A stretch of 64,000 nucleotides of DNA. Origin: Opitutales bacterium. GTDB lineage: Bacteria; Verrucomicrobiota; Verrucomicrobiia; Opitutales; UBA2995. Shown here one piece after another: positions 25,245 through 34,245 of this stretch. Position 1 is the stretch's first letter, and each line of letters begins with the position of its first letter. Both the position numbers and the translations under genes were made by a program. The notes beneath the pieces are model-generated. The model saw only the letters and a program-made list of their open reading frames with translations, did no database searches and was not told the origin of the DNA. The stretch covers positions 174,487 through 238,486 of the forward strand of contig CBDBFA010000002.1 of assembly GCA_965204545.1 (NCBI GenBank), given 5' to 3'.

Positions 25245-27257
25245 CTAAGGCGACCCCGAGGCGCCGGAACCCCAGCGGTAAAAATTTTCTTCACCGCTTG
25301 CGACTTTGAGCGCTCGCTGGAAAGGGTAATTGATTCCGTAGGGAATTCCGGGCATCTCGACCACTTGCGACTTTTCCACCGCCTCTCTCAATGGCTCAAT
25401 TGCGGGCCCGAGTTCAGCGACGGCTTCCGGTGGTTGAGTATCGAGAATTCCCGCAGCCCGGACCTGGGCGGAAATAACGGGATGGTTCAATGCCTCGATG
25501 ACAACCGGCAGAGCTTTCTCATAACGCCCGCTGTTGAACAGGCCCTCGGCCGCAGTCAAACGCACGCTGACCGACTCGTCGGCTAAGGCCGATTGCAAAC
25601 AGGCAATGACTTCGGCATCATCGGATCGAGTGGACACCAAACCGAGCACAGCCCAGAAGCGAATGGCCGAATCGGGATCTTCGGCCCGGACCAGCAACTC
25701 AGGAATCGCCGCTTCGCCCCGGACCTGGAGGTTGGCCGTTTCGAGGATCCGTTCGTAGTTGTCGAGCGACTGGCCGAGGTCCCAAGGCGATTCTCCTTCC
25801 TTAAGACGTCCCAACATTTCCGTTTCCTCGAGAATGGCAATGTCCCGTGTATCCAACATCCACTGGTGGAGTCGGTCGCGCATCCGTTTTACGACCTCCG
25901 CGTATTTCGGATCATCGATTACATTGTCGATCAGGAGAGGGTCATTCTCCGAGTCGTAGAGTTCTTCAACCGGCTTGAAACGCATAGCGAGCATTTCCAG
26001 AGGACCGGTAAGTTTCCCCTCCCGAGCCAGTTCTACCCATTCTTGCACGACCGCTGCCCCAAATTCGTAATCCTCGTAAGGTTTGAAGGGAAGGTGCGGG
26101 TAAAAATTGCGCTGGTAGCGATACCGGGCGTCGCGCACGGCACGGACCATTTCAAAACGCGAATCGAGACGGTCGCGCATGCTGAATACGGCGTCCCGGT
26201 ACTCGATTTCGCCCGGTCCGTTTTTGCAAAACAGCGGGCGACCTTCCATGTGTTCGGGGACATCGAGACCTGCTAAAGTCAGTACGGATGGACCGAGATC
26301 CATCAGCGTTACCAGCCCATCAATGACGGCGCCTGGTTTGGCGGGAGCCAGATGCCGGTACTTCTCCGGGAACCGCGCGATCAGGGGGACGTGGGTTCCC
26401 TGTTCCCATAGGGTATGTTTCCCACGGGGCATGCCCACTCCGTGATCGGCCCAAACAAAGATAATGGTATCTTCCCAAAGGCCGTCCTCCTTCAACTTAT
26501 CGATCACTTCTCCCGCCCGGTAGTCCACCTGCGTGACCGCGTCGTAGTAGCGGGACCATACCTTGCGGAACTCGGGCACATTCGGGTTGAAGGCAGGAAC
26601 GGGAGCTTTCTCCGGATCGTGAAAGTCCCCCGGTTGGAGTCGGTTTAGCCGCTCTTCCACGATCTCGTCTTCCGTATACTTGGTGATGCTGGAATGGCAC
26701 TCCGAAAAATTGAAGACGGCGAAGAACGGCTGATCCTTTTGGGACCGGTTTCGCCAATGGGCCTGCCTGCTGCTCTCGTGCCAAATTGGATCATCCTTTT
26801 GTTTCTTCCCGGCATCCTCGCCGGTAACGGCCCCCATGTTATAGTCTTCCTTGAAATTATTGCTGGTGTAATAACCGGCCTCGATGAGAAGGCTCGGGAA
26901 CAACTTGGCAAATTGAGGCGGTCGCGTGTTACTGCGATGATGCAAGGTTCCCAACGAGTTGGGATACATTCCCGTGATGATGCTGGAACGCGATGTTGAA
27001 CACACCGGAGCTATTGCGTGAGCTTTGGTGTAGCGGATGCCTTGCGCAGCCAGGCTGTCGAATACCGGAGTGCGGGCATACTCGTCTCCATAACAGCCCA
27101 TCATCGGCGTGATATCCTCGAGCGATATCCAGAGAATGTTGGGTCGGACGGGGTCATCAGAGTTATCGGGCGATGGTGGGTCTGCCCCATCCACCCCGCA
27201 GGCAATGAAGAGGATCGATAACGAGAGGTTAGTCCATTTTCCAATACAAGGTCTCAT
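25245..27257 (-). CDS. sulfatase fused to C-terminal HEAT-repeat region, paralog
   Basis: 670 aa. WISLEDITPMMGCYGD, PVCSTSRSS, HGVGMPRGKH. Same C-terminal HEAT-like repeats (IRFWAVLGL, VRLTAAEGL). Confidence 0.8.
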   Translation of the reverse strand: MRPCIGKWTNLSLSILFIACGVDGADPPSPDNSDDPVRPNILWISLEDITPMMGCYGDEYARTPVFDSLAAQGIRYTKAHAIAPVCSTSRSSIITGMYPNSLGTLHHRSNTRPPQFAKLFPSLLIEAGYYTSNNFKEDYNMGAVTGEDAGKKQKDDPIWHESSRQAHWRNRSQKDQPFFAVFNFSECHSSITKYTEDEIVEERLNRLQPGDFHDPEKAPVPAFNPNVPEFRKVWSRYYDAVTQVDYRAGEVIDKLKEDGLWEDTIIFVWADHGVGMPRGKHTLWEQGTHVPLIARFPEKYRHLAPAKPGAVIDGLVTLMDLGPSVLTLAGLDVPEHMEGRPLFCKNGPGEIEYRDAVFSMRDRLDSRFEMVRAVRDARYRYQRNFYPHLPFKPYEDYEFGAAVVQEWVELAREGKLTGPLEMLAMRFKPVEELYDSENDPLLIDNVIDDPKYAEVVKRMRDRLHQWMLDTRDIAILEETEMLGRLKEGESPWDLGQSLDNYERILETANLQVRGEAAIPELLVRAEDPDSAIRFWAVLGLVSTRSDDAEVIACLQSALADESVSVRLTAAEGLFNSGRYEKALPVVIEALNHPVISAQVRAAGILDTQPPEAVAELGPAIEPLREAVEKSQVVEMPGIPYGINYPFQRALKVASGEENFYRWGSGASGSP

Positions 27258-27267
27258 GTTATGCTTA

Positions 27268-29451
27268 CTATATTCTCGTGAGCTTAACTCGCACTACATC
27301 ATAGGATGGAGCTTCCACTTCAACGGGTTTGTATCCTTTAACGCCGACCTTCAACGAATAGGATTTTTCCGGCGAGCGGTTCATGATGAAGAGCAACCCC
27401 TCTCCCGAGTCTTTGTCTTCGAGCGCTCGGGCCTCCAGATAGGGCCGGAACTCTTCATCGGCGCCCTCCAGGACAAAGTCCGGTTCAATAATATCGTTGA
27501 GGAAGGACTTAACCGCCTGCCGGGTCCGTTTATGCAGGGTTACATGATAGGTGTAGAACAACTGGCACCCCGTGATCATCAACCGCCCCCCATATCGAGG
27601 AGGTATCAGGGCCGCCGGGACCCCGTTGTCATCAAACTTCAGAACGGCCTTGTCTCCATCCAGAAGCACCCGGCCGTTGTAGCAATAGCCGGCAAAAGCA
27701 TTGTCGGCCATGTTCAATCCCTCTCCCGTGCCCCTCACACTCCAGCCGGAATAAAGCAGGTAGCGCAGTTTTTCAGACTGGCTGGTCTGGATGCCGAAAG
27801 TTTCCGCGAAACGTGCCACCGCAACCGGGTCTTGCGGGGGCAGGTCGATTATGGCCGACCCGCCATCGACAATATAGCTCTCAATGGCTTTCACCTCGGC
27901 GTTCGTCAGATCGGAGACATGAGGAAATACGACTACTTCGTATTTTGGGAGATCATCCGGCCCATGGACGATACAGGCGGCTTCGTATCCGATATCGCTG
28001 AGCAACTGATACGCGCCCCGAGTTGCCTTTAACAGGGTTAAACCTCCACCCACAAAATCACCGGCCTCGTCCGGCCGTGAGCGCATGACCTGATCCCTGG
28101 TAAAGTAAATTCCCACCGAGGGAGTCAGCGAATGCGCCCGGGCAATGAAGGGAAGATCCGGCTGCAACGCTTTGATCGCTTTTTGCAGGCCAAGCCGACG
28201 ATTCGTATCGTAACCGTCGGGCTCGATCATGCCGTTGACCATAGGTTCGGCGCCATTCAACAACGGATCCCAACGGTAAAAATACAGGCCCTTCAACCCG
28301 TGTCCCAGGAGGTTGTTCAACTCAATTTCGATCTCCTTCCCACTGTACAGGATATTGGGGCCGGGAGAGGGAAACGGACCTCCCTGAAACTCGGTAACCC
28401 ATGACGGCATAGCGGGATTCATGGCCTTGAGCACTTCAAAGCCCATGCTGGTTCCAACGGTTTTTTCAGTGGTGCCCAGATAGCGGCTCATGGTCAGGAG
28501 ATTATAATCCTTTTCCTTGAACAACCACCAGTCCTGGCCTCGGGTCGGTAGACTTATGAAATGGGTCACGTTGTGAGTGATCAGGGCATCGGGAACATGC
28601 TTCCGGAAAATCTCGCGGCCCTCCAAGAGAAAATCGTTCAGATCCGACGCGATGAACTCACGCCAATGAATGTAAAACTCCTCATTGACATCGGTCCTTT
28701 CAGCAGGCGGACGGACGGAATCGAAGTCGGCAAAGCCGGTCGCGAATGTATCGTTAAAGGTCTCCACGTCGCTGAATTCCTCCTTCAATGCAGCCCGGTA
28801 ATTGGCCAGGGTATACGGGCAAAAGCATGCGTTGGGTATCGGAGCGATCCAGGGCTCGTTGTGCACGTCCCAGACGATCACCGCCGGATGATCCTTGAAG
28901 CGGGAAACGCATTCCTCCAGGATTCTATTCCGATCCTGCCGGTAGACCGGGTGATCGATACAGGCCCGCTGCCAACGCACGTCGTTCCTGTCGATGGGCA
29001 GAACCGATCCATCGCCTCCTATGATTTTTGAATCCGGATACTTTTCCACAAAGTCGTCATTGACGTAAAACGTGGCCGTGCCGAAGAGCACGGTCAGCCC
29101 GTTTTCATGCGCGATATCCAAAAGCGTGCCAACCTCGTCCAGGTCCGAATCCATGCCTATCCTGATCCGTATGCTGTTGAGGCCGGTCTCGGCAATCTTG
29201 GCCAGGTCCCGGCGCCAATCTTCCTCCCCCTGCGGCATCCATTCCGGACGCGTAGCCATCCCTCCGAAAGGATACTCGTAATGCGTGCCCAACCATATGG
29301 GGTCGACATCGCCCTTACCTTCAACCGTCCCGGCAGGGGCGCCCGGTAAACCAGCCCAAGCCATAAGAACCAGGAGAGATAAGAGGAGGAACCTCGGAAA
29401 CCGGGACACCGTTAAAAATATCAACCAAATCTTCGAATATTTCGCCATCAT
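27268..29451 (-). CDS. GH42-like clan GH-A glycoside hydrolase with N-terminal hydrophobic leader
   Basis: VWDVHNEPW (acid/base NEP), WVTEFQGG (candidate nucleophile) and a GATase-like middle domain (YEVVVFPHVSDLT...IVDGG) as in GH42 beta-galactosidases. Start taken at MMAKYSK. Confidence 0.6.
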   Translation of the reverse strand: MMAKYSKIWLIFLTVSRFPRFLLLSLLVLMAWAGLPGAPAGTVEGKGDVDPIWLGTHYEYPFGGMATRPEWMPQGEEDWRRDLAKIAETGLNSIRIRIGMDSDLDEVGTLLDIAHENGLTVLFGTATFYVNDDFVEKYPDSKIIGGDGSVLPIDRNDVRWQRACIDHPVYRQDRNRILEECVSRFKDHPAVIVWDVHNEPWIAPIPNACFCPYTLANYRAALKEEFSDVETFNDTFATGFADFDSVRPPAERTDVNEEFYIHWREFIASDLNDFLLEGREIFRKHVPDALITHNVTHFISLPTRGQDWWLFKEKDYNLLTMSRYLGTTEKTVGTSMGFEVLKAMNPAMPSWVTEFQGGPFPSPGPNILYSGKEIEIELNNLLGHGLKGLYFYRWDPLLNGAEPMVNGMIEPDGYDTNRRLGLQKAIKALQPDLPFIARAHSLTPSVGIYFTRDQVMRSRPDEAGDFVGGGLTLLKATRGAYQLLSDIGYEAACIVHGPDDLPKYEVVVFPHVSDLTNAEVKAIESYIVDGGSAIIDLPPQDPVAVARFAETFGIQTSQSEKLRYLLYSGWSVRGTGEGLNMADNAFAGYCYNGRVLLDGDKAVLKFDDNGVPAALIPPRYGGRLMITGCQLFYTYHVTLHKRTRQAVKSFLNDIIEPDFVLEGADEEFRPYLEARALEDKDSGEGLLFIMNRSPEKSYSLKVGVKGYKPVEVEAPSYDVVRVKLTRI

Positions 29452-29603
29452 GAAATCACGCTGCGAGCACAAATGACATTCGTCAATATCATTTGACATG
29501 ACATAACGTTTGAACAACAGCAGAGGTTTGGAAATTCAAGCGGCAACTAATCAATGGCTCCTTGTTCAAGTGGACAGCGCTGCGATGCGGCTAATACCGA
29601 TAC

Positions 29604-29990
29604 CTAAGCCAGCACCTCTTTGATTACATGTCCGTGAACATCTGTCAGTCGTCGGTCCAAACCATTGTGGTAATAGGACAGTTGCTCATAATCGAGGCCC
29701 AGAATGTGGAGGACGGTTGAATAGAACTCCCAGATAGTGGTGAGGTTTTCCACAGCCCGGCGGCCAAAATCATCCGTCGCCCCGTAGCTGGTTCCTCCCT
29801 TTACTCCTCCACCCATCATCCAAAGGGCAAACCCGTCGGGATTATGGTCCCGGCCCACGGTCCCGATTTGTCGCGTGGGCATGCGGCCAAATTCAGTCGT
29901 CCAAAGCACCAAGGTGTCTTCCATCAGTCCACGTTGCTTGAGATCGGTCAATAGGAAATCGTTAATGTCGAGTGAAGCTCGGAATTTATA
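29604..29990 (-). pseudogene. 3' fragment of a DUF1501 (sulfatase-fold, PSCyt-partner) gene
   Basis: LTDLKQRGLMEDTLVLWTTEFGRMPT...GRDHNPDGFALWMMGGGVKGG...RRLTDVHGHVIKEVLA matches only the last 130 aa or so of the roughly 450-aa DUF1501 proteins. The upstream part is replaced by unrelated DNA. Confidence 0.65.
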
Positions 29991-30081
29991 GGGAAACGGC
30001 ACATCGCCAGTGAGAATTGAGTCCAAAGTTGCGGATTCTCCAATCTCGACTCGGACGATGTTGTTGCTACCGTGTCGAACC

Positions 30082-31002
30082 ATGCCTAAATTCAAAGTTG
30101 AAAAATCAGTATTTGCGCGTGTTCCCATTCAGAAGGCCTATGCGGTTATAAGGGATTTCAATCAATGGGCCATTTGGTCTCCCTGGATAATCGCGGAGCC
30201 GGATTGTCGGCAAAGCTTGTCGGAGGATGGGAGGAAAAACGCCTGGGATGGCAGGATCGTTGGAACCGGGCAGATGGAGGTCCAAAGTGATGAGCGGAAT
30301 AAAGCGATCCAATACCGATTGACCTTCCTAAAACCATGGAAGGCCGTTTCCCCGGTAAGGTTTTTGTTCGAAGCAAAAGAGGGTGGTGTTGAAATTACCT
30401 GGTCGATGGTGGGCTCCTTACCCATCCCACTGTTTTTTATGGTCAGGACGATGCGCGCGTTGGTGGGTATGGATTACGAACGGGGCCTTATGATGCTGAA
30501 GGATTATTTGGAAACCGGTTCAGTGCCATCGAAGCTTGAATTCCCGGGTATTGAGACCTTCAAGGGCTTTAATTATGTAGCTATAAAAACCCGATGCACG
30601 ATTGCAGGTTTAGGAGAAGCCATGGAAAAGGACTTTGCGCGATTAGTGGACTTTTTGGACGGGGACGCGGCATCGATGGAGCGCTGCTTCTCCATTTACC
30701 ACAAATGGAACCTGGTTAAAGGTAGCGCCGAATATTCGGCTGGATGTCCGGTGACAAGCATACAGGATAATTTACCGGAAGGTTTTGTAGTGGGAGAGTT
30801 CCCAAGCTGTAAAGTTTACAAGGTGGTTCATACCGGCCCCTATCGTCATTTGGGAAATGCCTGGTCGTCCGGTTTAATGCGGGGCCGGGCCAAGCTTTTT
30901 AAGCAGAGCAAAAAGGTCCATCCCTTTGAAACTTACGATAATGACCCCGAGCAGACGCCTGAAAATGAGTTGGTAACCCATATCCACTTTCCCGTCAAAT
31001 AG
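30082..31002 (+). CDS. SRPBCC-domain / GyrI-like effector-binding-domain fusion protein
   Basis: Start at MPKFKVEKS. The N-terminal half is SRPBCC-like. The C-terminal half (HTGPYRHLGNAWS...PFETYDNDPEQTPENELVTHIHFPV) is GyrI-like. Confidence 0.65.
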   Translation: MPKFKVEKSVFARVPIQKAYAVIRDFNQWAIWSPWIIAEPDCRQSLSEDGRKNAWDGRIVGTGQMEVQSDERNKAIQYRLTFLKPWKAVSPVRFLFEAKEGGVEITWSMVGSLPIPLFFMVRTMRALVGMDYERGLMMLKDYLETGSVPSKLEFPGIETFKGFNYVAIKTRCTIAGLGEAMEKDFARLVDFLDGDAASMERCFSIYHKWNLVKGSAEYSAGCPVTSIQDNLPEGFVVGEFPSCKVYKVVHTGPYRHLGNAWSSGLMRGRAKLFKQSKKVHPFETYDNDPEQTPENELVTHIHFPVK

Positions 31003-31150
31003 CTGATGCGAAAAAAGAGTGCTGAGGTCGGTCCTGCCAAATTCTGACACTCCTGATTTACGAGTTATTGGCTGAATTCCCTTCAGTGCCCATTCTCCTG
31101 CAACCTTTGGAATTGACAAAACACGTGTTGAAATCACTCAATACGTGTAA

Positions 31151-31384
31151 ATGAAAACGAAACTTACTTTGACCGTAGAGGATGAGGTGGTTGCCAAAGT
31201 TAAACGGTTTGCCAAACAAAAGGGCGTATCGGTTTCCTCGCTCTTTGAGCAATGGTCTCTTAGAATGGCCTCTACAGAGAAAAGGCCGCCTCTTGGTTCC
31301 CGCTTGCGGGGACAATGGACAACGGGTTCTCCTGCTGAGGGAGACATTCGGCTCGATTTTCTTTCGGATAAGCACGGCAAGTGA
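31151..31384 (+). CDS. VapB-type antitoxin (DUF6364-like)
   Basis: 77 aa. MKTKLTLTVEDEVVAKVKRFAKQKGVSVSSLFE. Its stop overlaps the GTG start of the PIN gene. Confidence 0.65.
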   Translation: MKTKLTLTVEDEVVAKVKRFAKQKGVSVSSLFEQWSLRMASTEKRPPLGSRLRGQWTTGSPAEGDIRLDFLSDKHGK

Positions 31385-31803
31385 AAGTTCTGGTTGATAC
31401 CAACCTTTTTTTAGACGTTTTGTTTGAGCGGGAGGGACTCGTGAACGACAGCCAAACCGTTCTGGATTGGTGCGGGGAGCATCCTGGCGATGTAAGGATA
31501 GCGTGGCACACTTTGGCCAACCTTTACTACATCGGCGCTAAAACCGTAGGCAAAGTCGAAGCCATAAGTTACTTGGATGCCATCCTGGAAGTCTTTAAGA
31601 TTTGCCCGACCGACAGCCGGTCTGCAAAAATCGCTCGTAGCTTATCTCTGCCCGATTTTGAGGATGCCATGCAAGCCGCTGCCGCACTTGCTGCCGGAAC
31701 AGACCTTATTATTACCCGAAACAAGAGGGATTTCCGCGGTTCCCCCGTCAAAGCGATGACTCCTTCAGAGTTCCTGCGCAGAATAAAATCAAATTCTCAA
31801 TAA
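31381..31803 (+). CDS. vapC: PIN-domain ribonuclease toxin (VapC family)
   Basis: 140 aa. Acidic residues in VLVDTNLF, FEDAMQ and IITRNKRDF are typical PIN positions. Confidence 0.8.
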   Translation: MKVLVDTNLFLDVLFEREGLVNDSQTVLDWCGEHPGDVRIAWHTLANLYYIGAKTVGKVEAISYLDAILEVFKICPTDSRSAKIARSLSLPDFEDAMQAAAALAAGTDLIITRNKRDFRGSPVKAMTPSEFLRRIKSNSQ

Positions 31804-31982
31804 AGCTCTTTTCCTACAACTTTGACCAAATGGTCCTCCATCAATGCAGCCCGGTTTTTCTCCATCATGGAATCACGCTTTGAGCATAAATGACATTCAT
31901 CAATAACATTTGCTATGCTCAGACCTTTGAAAGAGGGCCCTTGTTAACCCACCCTCACTCTGGTAAGACTTGCCGCAGCATA

Positions 31983-32387
31983 ATGAAGGTCATTGCCCAA
32001 TATTCAAAACCGGAAGAAGCATATCTTGCCTCTTCAGTGCTGGAAGCAAACGGGATCGATGCGGAGGTCAGGGATGATAAAATTATCAACCTGAATTGGT
32101 TCTATTCAAATGCTGTAGGTGGTGTTAAATTGGCTGTTCCCGAAGAGGTGATGGAGAGGGCCAAGGCCATTTTGAACTTAGGCAAGAGTGAACCTGGCAT
32201 TGTTGCCTGCCCAAATTGCGACTCCCTCGATACCCGCATGAGGGATTTGAACTTTTGGCAAGCCCTGGGGTTGGCCCTTTTTAGCGTGCCGATTCCATTG
32301 GGAAAGCAGGTTTTCGATTGCTCGGCCTGCAAGGGAGCATTCAAGCCCGAGGTGGAAGAAAACGGAGCAGTCAAAAAAGTCGGTTGA
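31983..32387 (+). CDS. DUF2007-domain protein with C-terminal CxxC...CxxC segment
   Basis: Start at MKVIAQYSKPEEAYLASSVLEANGIDAEV (DUF2007-like). CPNCDS...CSACKG flank a hydrophobic stretch. Confidence 0.55.
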   Translation: MKVIAQYSKPEEAYLASSVLEANGIDAEVRDDKIINLNWFYSNAVGGVKLAVPEEVMERAKAILNLGKSEPGIVACPNCDSLDTRMRDLNFWQALGLALFSVPIPLGKQVFDCSACKGAFKPEVEENGAVKKVG

Positions 32388-32414
32388 TGGGAATGGCCTG
32401 AAACAAGAAGACTA

Positions 32415-33890
32415 TCAACCCGGTGAGGCCGCCGACCGAGCCTTGTTTTCCGCTTCATGCAGAAGGCCCCGCATGGTTTTGAGCTGGTCGCCATGGGATT
32501 CCTTTCCAGCCAGATTGACATGTTCCTCCGGGTCGGTGGCCAGATCGTAAAGTTCTTCCCCATCCGGCCAACGGGCATAGCGCCAGCGTCTGGTCCGGAT
32601 CGCTTTCCCGAATTTTTGGCCTCGGGTAACCACGGTGTAAACGGCCTTCTTCCCGGGAGCATCGGCATCCGTCAGCCGGGGGACCAGACTCCTGCCTTGG
32701 AGATCCCCGGGAGTGGTAATGCCACAGAGTTCAGCCAGGGTGGGAAAGAGATCGACCAGTTCAGTGAGGCCCAGACTGACCGAGTTTGGCTTGGTTTTGC
32801 CCGGTACCCGAATTATCAGCGGAACCCGGTTGCATATTTCAAACAAGGTCACCTTGCCCCACATGAAGTGTTCTCCCAGTTGATATCCGTGATCTGAGGT
32901 CAGAACGATGATGGTGTCGTCCCACAGACCCGTGGCCTGAAGCTTCTGAAAAATAGCGCCGATTTGGGCATCGATAAATGAAATGCAGGCGTGGTAAGCC
33001 TGCATGTACTCACGCCGCAATCCGTCGTTTTCCACGCCCAGTTCAAACCCGAAACCTTCATAGCGTTTTACCATGGATGTTTTAGGCGCATGGTCCCAGA
33101 AGTCGACAGGCGGGGAGACATAGCTCAGCTCCTCGCGCGGATACCTTTCGAAATAGGCCTCCGGCGCCAGGAAAGGGACGTGGGGCTTGTGAATCCCCAC
33201 CGCAATGAAAAACGGTTTGGCGCCGAAACTTCGCTGGTCCAGCCAGGCAAGAACCTGCGCCACATTTTTCCCGTCCTTATGCTGATGGTCCTCCAGCCCG
33301 GATGGGCCATATCCCGGAGCCTGACCCCGCGTCTGGGTGGAATAGGTTAATTGGAATTCTTTCCAAAGTGTTCGGTTACTCCGTCCACTGACCGACCCAT
33401 GCTCAGCCTCAAAGGCTTTACGCGCCTCCGCTTCAATGGGCATTTCGTCGTTCCGAAAAAAGGTTTTCTCATTCCAAACCAGCTCCCCGGGATCCAATTT
33501 GGGATTGTGAAATACCTTCCCGGTCGCAGCCGTCCAGTAACCCTGTTCCATGAACGCTTGCGGCATGGTCACGGTACCCGGCCTGGCATCCCGCATATCG
33601 GTATTATTGTCTGTCACACCGGTCGATTCCGGATACAGTCCGCTGAGGAAAGAGGCCCGGGAGGGACCGCAAACGGGGTATTGACAGTAGGCCCGCTTGA
33701 AGGTCATCCCGCTGGAGGCCAATTTTTCAAAGGCCGGGGTATGGATATTCGGATAATCGGAAGTTGAAACATGCGTATTCAGATCATCGCATACGATGAA
33801 CATGACGTTGGGCCGTTTATCCGCACTGAGGGAAAGTGCCCCAGCAGCGGGGATGATAACCAAGCAAAGATTGGAGATTAATCGTTTCAT
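32415..33890 (-). CDS. formylglycine-dependent sulfatase (iduronate-2-sulfatase-like)
   Basis: Start at MKRLISNL (signal peptide). FIVCDDLN and canonical CGPSRASFLSG. Confidence 0.85.
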   Translation of the reverse strand: MKRLISNLCLVIIPAAGALSLSADKRPNVMFIVCDDLNTHVSTSDYPNIHTPAFEKLASSGMTFKRAYCQYPVCGPSRASFLSGLYPESTGVTDNNTDMRDARPGTVTMPQAFMEQGYWTAATGKVFHNPKLDPGELVWNEKTFFRNDEMPIEAEARKAFEAEHGSVSGRSNRTLWKEFQLTYSTQTRGQAPGYGPSGLEDHQHKDGKNVAQVLAWLDQRSFGAKPFFIAVGIHKPHVPFLAPEAYFERYPREELSYVSPPVDFWDHAPKTSMVKRYEGFGFELGVENDGLRREYMQAYHACISFIDAQIGAIFQKLQATGLWDDTIIVLTSDHGYQLGEHFMWGKVTLFEICNRVPLIIRVPGKTKPNSVSLGLTELVDLFPTLAELCGITTPGDLQGRSLVPRLTDADAPGKKAVYTVVTRGQKFGKAIRTRRWRYARWPDGEELYDLATDPEEHVNLAGKESHGDQLKTMRGLLHEAENKARSAASPG

Positions 33891-33957
33891 GGGCCTTTTA
33901 TTCGAATCCGAGTGAGAAATGCGGGCTAGTGTGGTGTCCCTTAAATAATCCATCACT

Positions 33958-34115
33958 ACCATTCCGAAACGTAAACGGTAGGGCAGCGGCATCCTTGCCG
34001 CGCCGACCAGCGACCCGCCGGCCACTTACGATAGCCCTGCCATTTCGAAACGTAAACGGTTACGGCATCGCGGGGACGCGATTGCCCTACCATTTCGAAA
34101 GGTAACCGGTAGCAT
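33958..34115. repeat. REP-like hairpin array
   Basis: Three units of CCATT(C/T)CGAAA(C/G)GTAA(A)CGGTA flanked by GCCCTACC/GGTAGGGC arms. CATCGCGGGGACGCGATTGCCCTACC recurs at 16389-16417. Confidence 0.6.
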
Positions 34116-34245
34116 GGAAAAAGTCCACAGTTTGTGTGAACGAATTAAAGGGACATGACACTAGCTATATTCTCACCGCTTGACCCCGACTGGCGTCAAA
34201 ACTGCTTACCGTTTCAGCGCAACACGCAAAAACCACTACCAAAAA

